Assembly: GCA_049322255.1 (NCBI GenBank)
Contig: JBMORE010000144.1
Location: 1-64,000, forward strand
DNA: 64,000 nucleotides
Direction: 5' to 3'
Source of the DNA: Myxococcota bacterium
GTDB taxonomy: Bacteria; Myxococcota; Myxococcia; Myxococcales; Myxococcaceae
Part shown: positions 40,966 through 50,209 of the stretch, piece by piece
Numbering within the stretch: the stretch's first letter is position 1
Layout of the letters: every line of letters begins with the position of its first letter
Program-made: the position numbers and the translations under genes
The notes under the pieces: generated by a model
What the model was told of the DNA's origin: nothing
Databases searched by the model: none
The model's input: the letters and a program-made list of their open reading frames with translations, nothing else

Positions 40966-41631
40966 CTAGAAGAAGCCGCCTACGCCGAACGACACGCCGC
41001 GTCCATCGCGGGTGGAAGCAGCGGTGGGAACGAACAAGGCGCGCGAGGGAAGGCGCTGGGGTTGGTCGCCCGTCGAGGTCCACTCGTAGCCGACGATGGC
41101 GCCCACCACGGGGAGCGTCAGCAGCGCCACTCCCCCCACGACCGCGCCCGCGTCATTGGCTGAAGCCAGGGCGGCGATGAGGAGGCCTCCGGAAAGAAGG
41201 CCAATGACCGAGCCCCCCAAGGCGCCAATGAAGAGTCCCTCCCTCCCGAAGAGAGCACCTGCGGCCGTGACCCCGAGCGCCGCCCCAATCGTCCCGCCGA
41301 TGAGAGCTCCGCCCACCGCTGCTCCGAGGCAGCCGAAAACATCGCCCGTGGGAGGCGTCACCGCGCACCCGGTGTAGGCGCCCACCACACCCAGGCCCAT
41401 TTCGCCCAGGCCCCCCAAGAGCAGCTCGAGCCCGATGCGCAGTACGTCATTTCTTTGAGGCTCGGCGAAGGAAGTCGCCGACGGCGGCGAGGCCACACCC
41501 TCGGAGGGCAACGGTGCCCGCGGCTCGGGCTCGTCAGCGGGCAGCAGCGGCGGTGGGGAGGGTTCTGGCAGTGGCGACTGCGCGAAGGCGGCGCTGGTCC
41601 ACAGCGCGGCGAACAAGATGAAGGCCTTCAT
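40966..41631 (-). CDS. Exported or membrane hypothetical protein with glycine-zipper helices
   Basis: Signal peptide, Pro-rich linker, GxxxG-rich hydrophobic segments, C-terminal Phe. Confidence 0.7.
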   Translation of the reverse strand: MKAFILFAALWTSAAFAQSPLPEPSPPPLLPADEPEPRAPLPSEGVASPPSATSFAEPQRNDVLRIGLELLLGGLGEMGLGVVGAYTGCAVTPPTGDVFGCLGAAVGGALIGGTIGAALGVTAAGALFGREGLFIGALGGSVIGLLSGGLLIAALASANDAGAVVGGVALLTLPVVGAIVGYEWTSTGDQPQRLPSRALFVPTAASTRDGRGVSFGVGGFF

Positions 41632-41749
41632 GGGTGACGAAGTTAACACTTCTTCAGCGGGCCGCTGGGCGCCCCTTTACGCACGCCCCCGCGTTTCCGT
41701 CCGAGGACCAACCTCTGTTATGGAGCGCCTTCCTTTTCTGGGAGGCCCC

Positions 41750-42667
41750 ATGAAGCGTTCTTCTTTTTTCGCCTTCGCCCCCGTCGTTCTGCTCGCGTGC
41801 GGTCCAGGCGAGCCTCCTCCGGTGGAGGTCAAGGACGTGCGTGTCTCGGTTCCCGCGGCTGATCCCGCGTTTCTCGATTTCGTCACCCCCGAGGCCGAGG
41901 TGCCGCCTGGCGAGGAGCGAATGATCTGCACCGACGTCGTCTACGAGGGGGAGGACACCGCGTTCGGCGAGTTCCAGGGGTTGCAGGGCAAGTACGGCCA
42001 CCACCTCGTGCTCTTGGCCACCAAGGCGCCCAGGCCCAACGGCACCACCTATGACTGCACCGACATTCGCACCATGGGAGCCTTCGAGCCGTTCGCCTTT
42101 CCCATCGGCGACAACCTGCCCGCGGGGCACGGCTCGTTCCTGCCCAAGGGCAAGGCGATGGTCATTCAGATGCACTACGTCAACACGGGTGCCGCTCCCC
42201 TCCTGGTGCGCGATGTGATTCGGTTACGGCGGATGCGGCTGGATGAGGTCAGCACCTGGGCGAGCATCTACGTGAACAACCACGCCGGCTTCGTCGTGCC
42301 TCCCCAATCCACCGGCTCGGCGGTGACCTTCGACTGCGTGGTGCCGGCGGACATGAAGCTGCTCGTGCTCGGCGGTCACATGCACGAGTACGGCGCCAAG
42401 TACAAAATCGAGCTCGGACCCGACGTGAATAGCTTGCAGCCGCTGTACGAGGTCGATGCGTGGCGCGCCGAGTTCCGCGACAGCCCGCCCACCAACCTCT
42501 ATCTGCAAAACCCGATGAGCCTCTCCCAGGGCACCGTCATTCGTACCACCTGCACTTGGGACAACCCGACCGACAAGGAGCTCCGCTTTCCGGAGGAGAT
42601 GTGCGCCACCTTCGGGTTCGTCGCCGGGTGGAAGGACCCGGTCGTTTGCTCGCTGGGGACCTGGTGA
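41750..42667 (+). CDS. Copper type II monooxygenase-like (PHM/DBH fold) lipoprotein
   Basis: Lipobox VLLAC. GHHLVL and QMHY give the CuH ligands; GHMHEYG and EEMC give the CuM ligands. Confidence 0.8.
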   Translation: MKRSSFFAFAPVVLLACGPGEPPPVEVKDVRVSVPAADPAFLDFVTPEAEVPPGEERMICTDVVYEGEDTAFGEFQGLQGKYGHHLVLLATKAPRPNGTTYDCTDIRTMGAFEPFAFPIGDNLPAGHGSFLPKGKAMVIQMHYVNTGAAPLLVRDVIRLRRMRLDEVSTWASIYVNNHAGFVVPPQSTGSAVTFDCVVPADMKLLVLGGHMHEYGAKYKIELGPDVNSLQPLYEVDAWRAEFRDSPPTNLYLQNPMSLSQGTVIRTTCTWDNPTDKELRFPEEMCATFGFVAGWKDPVVCSLGTW

Positions 42668-43128
42668 AGGGCCTCTTCGCCGTCTTCGTGCTTGCAGCCG
42701 CCGCCTGTGGACCGACATCCGAAAGGTTGCCCGCGGGCACGGTGCAGCTGCGCTTCTCCGCCGCTGACTCGGTGCGGCGCAGTAGCCAGCTCACCAGCCC
42801 GCTGGTGGGCACGGTCTACGGAGCCCTCTTTCTCGCGGAGGACGTGGGCGTGACAGGTCCGCGCAGCGGGGCCGAACAAGTCTCCTCGGTGGAGGTCGCC
42901 GACGTCGATTTGCGTACCTCCACTACCAGCGACACAGGTTGGACCAGTGAGGCGCTGCGGGTGGGCGACTACGTGTTTCTGGGGTTCATGGACGTGAACG
43001 GCAACGGCGCCGGGGAGCGGAACCCCGATGCGGGCGACCCGGTGACCCAGGCCCTCGCCAACAAATTCACCATCCAAGACAACGCCGAGGCCAAGCGCAT
43101 CGTTCTCTTCGAGCTGGTGTTCAATTGA
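42664..43128 (+). CDS. Hypothetical lipoprotein with a DxNGNG Ca-binding-like loop
   Basis: GTGA overlap with the upstream gene, lipobox AAAAC, FMDVNGNG...PDAGDPV. Confidence 0.7.
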   Translation: MKGLFAVFVLAAAACGPTSERLPAGTVQLRFSAADSVRRSSQLTSPLVGTVYGALFLAEDVGVTGPRSGAEQVSSVEVADVDLRTSTTSDTGWTSEALRVGDYVFLGFMDVNGNGAGERNPDAGDPVTQALANKFTIQDNAEAKRIVLFELVFN

Positions 43129-43502
43129 TGCTTCGGACGAGTTTGGGGTTGACCGCGCTCTTCATTGCCGGCTGTCAGGCTCCGCCGCCGGTATACGCCG
43201 AGGTTCGCAGCGAGGTGTTCACCCCCAGCTGTGTCTTCTCCAGTTGCCACCGTGGCGCCAACCCCGCGGGGGGCCTGGGGCTGGAGGGAGACGCTTACGA
43301 GCAGCTCGTGGGCGTGGTAGCGGCAGGAGCTCCTTCGAAAACCCGGGTGGTACCCAAGGACGTGGCTGCCTCATTCCTGGTGGAGAAGCTGGAAACCCCC
43401 TCTCCTTCGGCCGGGGAGCAGATGCCTCCCGACGCGCCCCTCGAGCCCGAGCGAGTGGAGCTGGTGAAGAGCTGGATTCGCGGCGGCGCCTTGCGCGAGT
43501 GA
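43128..43502 (+). CDS. Small lipoprotein, c-type cytochrome-like (CX4CH with distal MPP)
   Basis: TGATG overlap, lipobox IAGC, VFTPSCVFSSCH, SFLVEKL, QMPP, VKSWIRGGA. Confidence 0.65.
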   Translation: MLRTSLGLTALFIAGCQAPPPVYAEVRSEVFTPSCVFSSCHRGANPAGGLGLEGDAYEQLVGVVAAGAPSKTRVVPKDVAASFLVEKLETPSPSAGEQMPPDAPLEPERVELVKSWIRGGALRE

Positions 43503-43510
43503 AGCTTTGC

Positions 43511-43936
43511 CTACTTCACGTCCAGCAGCACCAGCTCTCTGGCCATCAGCTCTCCATCCACCACCGCCAGTGACGCTCGCACGACCGAGCCCTCGGGCAG
43601 GCTCTCCACCTCGATGCGCCGCGCCCCCTCGAAGGCGCGGGTCCCCGAATCCACCCCCAGCTCGTAGATTTTTCCCTGCGCGTCCCGCACGCGCACCTCG
43701 CCGTCGCTCACCGACTCCACGCGGGCGGGGAACTGGGCGGACAAGAGCTCGGTCGGAGGTTCCTCGAGCATGCCGGCTTCAGCGAGGAGCGTCTCCAGCT
43801 CGAGCTGGGCCCCGGCGAGCTCGACTTGTAGCTCCTCGAGCTCGACGCGCAGCGCCTGCAGCTCGTCTGGCGAAGTCTTTTGTCCTCCCAACGCGAAGAG
43901 GAACACTGCTGCCAGCGCCATTCGCACGGCCATCAT
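43511..43936 (-). CDS. Exported hypothetical protein (short coiled coil plus OB-fold-like domain)
   Basis: SD AGGAGG, signal peptide, Leu/Glu heptads, GSVVRAS...ARELVL. Confidence 0.65.
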   Translation of the reverse strand: MMAVRMALAAVFLFALGGQKTSPDELQALRVELEELQVELAGAQLELETLLAEAGMLEEPPTELLSAQFPARVESVSDGEVRVRDAQGKIYELGVDSGTRAFEGARRIEVESLPEGSVVRASLAVVDGELMARELVLLDVK

Positions 43937-44053
43937 TGTTGCCTCCTGCCGTGTCTCAAGCTGGTGGCCGATGGCGTTCGAGCAACGGTGAGGCGAAAGA
44001 GCGACTGGCGTGACGGCCGTGGAGCGCCGCGCCTGGGAGTATGCTTGGCGACC

Positions 44054-44761
44054 ATGATGGGTCTTCCTCGGGTGGTCGGCTTGCTCGCTCTTTTGCTCCC
44101 CGTCGCGGCCTTGGCGGCGCGGGTGCGGGTTCCGGTGGACGTCGGCGTGGGCCCCGCGGCCTACTACTTCTTCGGTCCGGTCGCCGACGAGCGCTGGCCG
44201 GTTCCCCACTTCGGGCTCAAGCTCAACGTCGAGGCGGTGATCGACCAGAACGTCATCCGCGAGAACCGCCGCGCCATTCCGCCCAAATACTTGAAGCAGG
44301 CAGAGAAAATCACCGAGCTGCGCGTCTCCCCCTCCCTCTTCATCCCCGACGCGCTGATTCTCTCCCCGCAGACGCCGTACACCGGAGGCACCGGCATCTA
44401 CGGCATCACCTGGCGGCCGCTGGCGCTCACCGTTCCCCTCTTCGGGCGCAAGCCGGCGGGCTCATGGAAGAAGAGCCGCGGCGCGCTCGACTTCGAGGCG
44501 GGCTTGCTCCTCACCTACGCCTTCCTCCACTCGGAGACGTTGCCCACCACCCACTTCCTCCGCCCGGGAATCGACCTGACGCTCGAGCTCGAGCTCGCCG
44601 CCAGCGACAGCTTCCTGGTCAGCATGGGTTGGGCTTCACAGCTTTACGTGCCTCAACAGTTGGGAAGCTTCGACGTCGGTCAGTGGAACACCGGCATCTT
44701 CCATGTGGGGCAGGCGTTCTTGCAGCTTCACGTGCGCTTTCCCTACGAGACCAGCTTCTGA
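44054..44761 (+). CDS. Exported hypothetical protein, possible outer-membrane beta-barrel
   Basis: Signal peptide, amphipathic strands, aromatic C-terminus, strong GC3 bias. Confidence 0.65.
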   Translation: MMGLPRVVGLLALLLPVAALAARVRVPVDVGVGPAAYYFFGPVADERWPVPHFGLKLNVEAVIDQNVIRENRRAIPPKYLKQAEKITELRVSPSLFIPDALILSPQTPYTGGTGIYGITWRPLALTVPLFGRKPAGSWKKSRGALDFEAGLLLTYAFLHSETLPTTHFLRPGIDLTLELELAASDSFLVSMGWASQLYVPQQLGSFDVGQWNTGIFHVGQAFLQLHVRFPYETSF

Positions 44762-44779
44762 GCTAGGGTCCGCCCCCTG

Positions 44780-46093
<1,314 letters not shown>

Positions 46094-46096
46094 CTC

Positions 46097-46594
46097 TCAC
46101 TTTCGCCGAAGCCGCCGTTTGGGCGCCCACTTGCGTTTCCGCGGAGCTCGGCCCAACAGGTGGCGCAGTGCTTTGTCCAGGCGCGCCTGGCGGGCGGTGG
46201 CCGAGGGTGCCTCAGCGATGTAACGAAGCAGCTCACGCCGGTGGGAGGGCGAAAGCTTGGCGAAAGCCGCCCGGGCTCCTCGGGTACGCCGCAACGCCGC
46301 CGCGACGTCTTTGGAAGGCGCGACCTCCGCTTGGGTGAGGGCCTCCAAAGCAATGATCACCGCGTCGCCGACGTCGACCTTCGCGGAAGCGCGCACCGAG
46401 GGGTCCAGGTAGAGGCGGTGGCGGCCTGTCTGGGTGGGAACGAGGGTGGCGCGAAAGCCAGTGCCGCGCAAAGTGCCTTTCACCGTGATGCGTCTGGAAC
46501 CGCTCTGCACGGCGTAGCGTGCCGTCACGCGTTTGGGGACGTCGACATAGGCGTTGGGCCCAAGCTGGCGGATCTGAGCGTGGAAGCGCTCCAT
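46097..46594 (-). CDS. YdeI/OmpD-associated (DUF1905 plus OmdA) family protein
   Basis: YVDVP...VKGTL...FRATLVP, FAKLSPSHRRELLRYIAEA...TARQARL. Start set at ATG 46594. Confidence 0.8.
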   Translation of the reverse strand: MERFHAQIRQLGPNAYVDVPKRVTARYAVQSGSRRITVKGTLRGTGFRATLVPTQTGRHRLYLDPSVRASAKVDVGDAVIIALEALTQAEVAPSKDVAAALRRTRGARAAFAKLSPSHRRELLRYIAEAPSATARQARLDKALRHLLGRAPRKRKWAPKRRLRRK

Positions 46595-46706
46595 GCGGCG
46601 GCGCAACCTAGCCGCTGGCGTCGCCGTCGTCGCGATCTTCTCACGCCCGGTCGCGGCTTTTTGTTGACCGCTCAGCCGCTCCTGCGTGTTGTCGGACAGA
46701 TCTGCG

Positions 46707-47726
46707 CTATGACCTGAACCACCACACAGGTTCTCCCTGCCGGTCGACATAGCCCCATCCGCTTTCATCGCTTACGTTCGCCAGGGGGCCGTCAAACGGA
46801 GTCGCGTTCTTGAAAAGTCGATCGAACAGCTTTTTGCCTTGCCGATCGATGAAACCGTATCCCGTGGTGTCAATCGCAATGACCGCGACTCCATCCTCGA
46901 ACGGCATACCTCCAAGTGCGCCTGACGCGAATGGCTCGATCTCCCACTCGCCCAATCTGTTTAAGTACCCATAACGCTGCGACCGGTCATCGAGTGCGCA
47001 AGCCAGTCCCTCCGAGAAACCGCCCCCAGCGACTCGACAGGTTCTGTCGAACAGCCGCTCGCCATGCGTATTGATCCAGCTGAAGGCCTTTCGAATCCCT
47101 GCACCTTCTGCAACCACCGCCGCGCCCTCTGAAAACGCCCTGGCTTCGACAAATCGCGGCTCGATGACGACCTTCCCCGAGCGGTCTACGAACCCCATGC
47201 CGGGCCCAGGTTCATCGAACGAAGTGGGTTTGGGTGGTTCTCCCTTGAGACGAACCGCGGCCATACCCTCGCTGAAACGAGTGATGCTGAGACCCAGGTT
47301 TGACTTGGTCTGCTCCCGTTCAAGGAGGAACGCGTCGTTGCCGTCGGTGTCAATGAATCGCCAGACACCCTTCTTCTTGACCAACGCCAATCCCTCGGAG
47401 AAGCCCTCGGCGACTTCGAAACCACCAAAGGCGACTCCTCCGCTGAGATTGACGTAGTCGTAGGTCGCGCTCCCCGAGAGCTTGCACGGCATTAGACCGT
47501 CCTGGAATTTGAGCCAGTAGGGGAGCGAGATGTTCAGGCTCCATTTGGGTTCGACCACCCAGTCACCGTTTTCGTCGATGACCCCGGCTTTGCCATCAAT
47601 AGCTACCGTGGCGTAGCCGTCATGAAACCCGGCAAATACGTCGTCGAAACGAGCGGCGATGATCACATCGCATTTCTCGTCGATAAAGCCGAGCTTGCCA
47701 TTCTCTTTGATTGCATAGCGGTACAT
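46707..47726 (-). CDS. WG-repeat (KWG) protein
   Basis: Repeated G(F/Y)ID..G..VIEP.F...F.EG.A.V units. Start at ATG 47726 or 47783. GC is lower than in the flanks. Confidence 0.85.
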   Translation of the reverse strand: MYRYAIKENGKLGFIDEKCDVIIAARFDDVFAGFHDGYATVAIDGKAGVIDENGDWVVEPKWSLNISLPYWLKFQDGLMPCKLSGSATYDYVNLSGGVAFGGFEVAEGFSEGLALVKKKGVWRFIDTDGNDAFLLEREQTKSNLGLSITRFSEGMAAVRLKGEPPKPTSFDEPGPGMGFVDRSGKVVIEPRFVEARAFSEGAAVVAEGAGIRKAFSWINTHGERLFDRTCRVAGGGFSEGLACALDDRSQRYGYLNRLGEWEIEPFASGALGGMPFEDGVAVIAIDTTGYGFIDRQGKKLFDRLFKNATPFDGPLANVSDESGWGYVDRQGEPVWWFRS

Positions 47727-47886
47727 GGATGTCGCTCCAGAGTAGCCCAAGCGCGTAAGCGATGGGTTTGTCCCCTGGGACATGTGCGAAAGGGAAGGAG
47801 GGCGCCCCGAAGTAGGCCCCGCTGAGTCGAGCTCTCCGTGCCGCCCAACCTTGGCCCCGGCTCTTTTCGACGCTAGAAGGCGCTCA

Positions 47887-49593
47887 ATGAAAATGAACCT
47901 GCACGCGCTGTTCATCGCCATGCTCTCCGTTGCCCTCTCGTCACCGGCGGTCGCCGCTCCCGATGCGGCGCAGCTCCAAAAGCTCTCCGCCCGCCTGACG
48001 CCGGTGGAGCTGACCGCCGATGTTTCCAAGCTTCCCGAGAGCGAGCGCGCGGCGCTGGTGAAAATCCTCCAGGCGGCTCAGCTGATGGACCCGCTCTTTT
48101 TGCGCCAGGTGTGGGCGGGCAACGAGGCGCTCTTGATGCAGCTGTCGCAGGACAGCTCGCCCTTGGGCAAAGCACGGCTGCACGCCTTCTTGCAGAACAA
48201 AGGCCCTTGGCTGCGGCTCGACGAGGACCGGCCGTTTCTCCCCGCGGTGGGAGAAAAACCGGCAGAGGCCAACTTCTATCCCGCAGGCGCGACCAAGGCA
48301 GAGGTGGAGCAGTGGCTGAAGGGGCTCTCCGACGCCGAACGTGCCAAGGCGACTGGCTTTTTCACCACCCTGCGCCGGACTCCGGAGGGCAAGCTGACCG
48401 CGATTCCCTACAGCGTGGAGTATCAAGGGGAGCTCGCCCGTGCCGCGGCGCTCTTGCGCGAGGCGGCCGCGCTCACCCGAGAGCCCACCCTCAAGGACTT
48501 TCTGGAGAAGCGGGCGGCGGCCTTCTCGAGCAACGACTACTACGCGAGCGACGTGGCGTGGATGAAGCTCGACGCGTCGATCGAGCCGACCCTCGGCCCC
48601 TATGAAGTGTACGAAGACGACTGGTTCAACGCCAAGGCGGCCTTCGAGGCCTTCGTCACCGTGCGCGACGACGCCGAGACCGCCAAGCTGGCCAAGTTCG
48701 CCGCCGGGCTGCAGGACATCGAGAACCACCTACCCATCGACGCCAAGTACAAAAACCCCAAGCTGGGGGCGATGGCGCCCATCCGGGTGGTGAGCTCCCT
48801 CTACTCCTCGGGTGACGCCAACCGCGGGGTGCAGACGGCGGCGTTCAACCTGCCCAACGACGAGAAGATCGGCAAGGAGATGGGCACCAAGCGCACCATG
48901 CTCAAGAACGTGCAGGAGGCGAAGTTCCAGAAGGTGCTCATCCCCATCTCCGGGGTCGCGTTGGCGCCGGCCGACCGCAAGCGCATTGCCTTCGACGCCT
49001 TCTTCACCCACATCTTGATGCACGAGCTGATGCACGGTTTGGGGCCGCACACGGTGAGCGCCGGGGGCAAGGAAGTCACCGTGCGCGAGAAGCTGCAGGA
49101 GACCTACAGCGCCATCGAAGAAGCCAAGGCGGACATCTCCGGCCTGTTCGCTCTGCAGTACCTGGTGGACAAGGGAGTCATCGACAAGGCGATGGAGAAG
49201 ACGATGTACGTCACCTTCCTCGCCAGCTCCTTTCGCTCCATTCGCTTCGGAATCCACGAGGCGCACGGCAAGGGACAGGCGCTCCAGCTCAACTACCTGC
49301 TCGACGCCGGCGCCTACCGGGTGAACGAGGACGGCACCTTCTCGGTCGATTCCACCAAGGTGAAGGACGCGGTGAAGAAGTTGACCGCCGAGCTGATGAC
49401 CCTCCAGGCAGAAGGCAACAAGACCAAGGCGCTCGAGCTTTTGGCGCGGTTGGCGGTCATTCGCCCCGAAACCCAGAAGGTGCTCGACAAGCTTCAGAAG
49501 GTCCCGGTGGACATCGAGCCGAAGTTCGTCACCGCCCAGAAGCTCCTCGAGGAGGCTTCACGCGCCGCCGCCCCCAAGGCCGCCAGACCGTAG
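47887..49593 (+). CDS. Exported peptidase family M49 (dipeptidyl-peptidase III-like, HExxH type)
   Basis: Signal peptide, NKGPW, NFYP, GPYEVYED, AFNLPND, HELMHGLGP, EEAKAD. Confidence 0.88.
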   Translation: MKMNLHALFIAMLSVALSSPAVAAPDAAQLQKLSARLTPVELTADVSKLPESERAALVKILQAAQLMDPLFLRQVWAGNEALLMQLSQDSSPLGKARLHAFLQNKGPWLRLDEDRPFLPAVGEKPAEANFYPAGATKAEVEQWLKGLSDAERAKATGFFTTLRRTPEGKLTAIPYSVEYQGELARAAALLREAAALTREPTLKDFLEKRAAAFSSNDYYASDVAWMKLDASIEPTLGPYEVYEDDWFNAKAAFEAFVTVRDDAETAKLAKFAAGLQDIENHLPIDAKYKNPKLGAMAPIRVVSSLYSSGDANRGVQTAAFNLPNDEKIGKEMGTKRTMLKNVQEAKFQKVLIPISGVALAPADRKRIAFDAFFTHILMHELMHGLGPHTVSAGGKEVTVREKLQETYSAIEEAKADISGLFALQYLVDKGVIDKAMEKTMYVTFLASSFRSIRFGIHEAHGKGQALQLNYLLDAGAYRVNEDGTFSVDSTKVKDAVKKLTAELMTLQAEGNKTKALELLARLAVIRPETQKVLDKLQKVPVDIEPKFVTAQKLLEEASRAAAPKAARP

Positions 49594-49621
49594 GCAGCTT
49601 GCGGAGATCACTTTGAGGCCC

Positions 49622-50200
49622 TTACCCGGAGCGGTGCAGCTCGATGCCCGCATAAATCTTGTCCACGTCGAGCTCGCACCCCAGCGACTCGAGCCGGGCC
49701 TTGGCCTTGGTGCGAGCCTCGGAGCGGGTCCACTCGTTGTGCTCTCCGCGGCGGAAAACCTCGATCAGTCGTTCGCGATGGGAGACGAGGATGTACTCCA
49801 TGAGCGAGGGAATTCCGCGGTAGCTCTCGAACTTCTGACCGCGGTCATAGGCTTCGGTTGAATCGCTGAGTACTTCGACCAGCAAGGTCGGGTTGGTGAG
49901 GGTGTCCTTGGCGTCGGGGTCGTATTCGGGTTTCCCGCAGACCACGGTGACGTCGGGATAGGTGGCGAGGCCGGAGCCGACTGAGCGAATTCGGAGGTCT
50001 GAAGAGTACGGGCGACAGGGCTTGCCGTCGAGCTGCCGGTGTAGCTCGCCTGTCACCGCTGCCGCGAGCGCTGCGTGCTCGGGAGTCCCGCCCGCCATGG
50101 CGAAGATTTCGCCCTCGAAGAACTCGTGCTTGACGTTGCTCGTTCGCTCGAAGGACAGGTACTGCTCCCACGAGTATCGGTGGTGGGAAGGCAAACGCAT
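49622..50200 (-). CDS. Uma2 family endonuclease
   Basis: KHEFFEGEIFAMAGGTPEH, YPDVTVVC, LLVEVLSDSTEAYDRGQKF, YILVS. Confidence 0.93.
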   Translation of the reverse strand: MRLPSHHRYSWEQYLSFERTSNVKHEFFEGEIFAMAGGTPEHAALAAAVTGELHRQLDGKPCRPYSSDLRIRSVGSGLATYPDVTVVCGKPEYDPDAKDTLTNPTLLVEVLSDSTEAYDRGQKFESYRGIPSLMEYILVSHRERLIEVFRRGEHNEWTRSEARTKAKARLESLGCELDVDKIYAGIELHRSG

Positions 50201-50209
50201 GCATCATCA

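Noticed and set aside
49622..50200. Uma2 nuclease as a mobile element or as the mobiliser of the 33-bp repeat
   Set aside because: No repeat copies, terminal repeats or target duplications flank it, and stand-alone Uma2 genes are common in myxobacteria.
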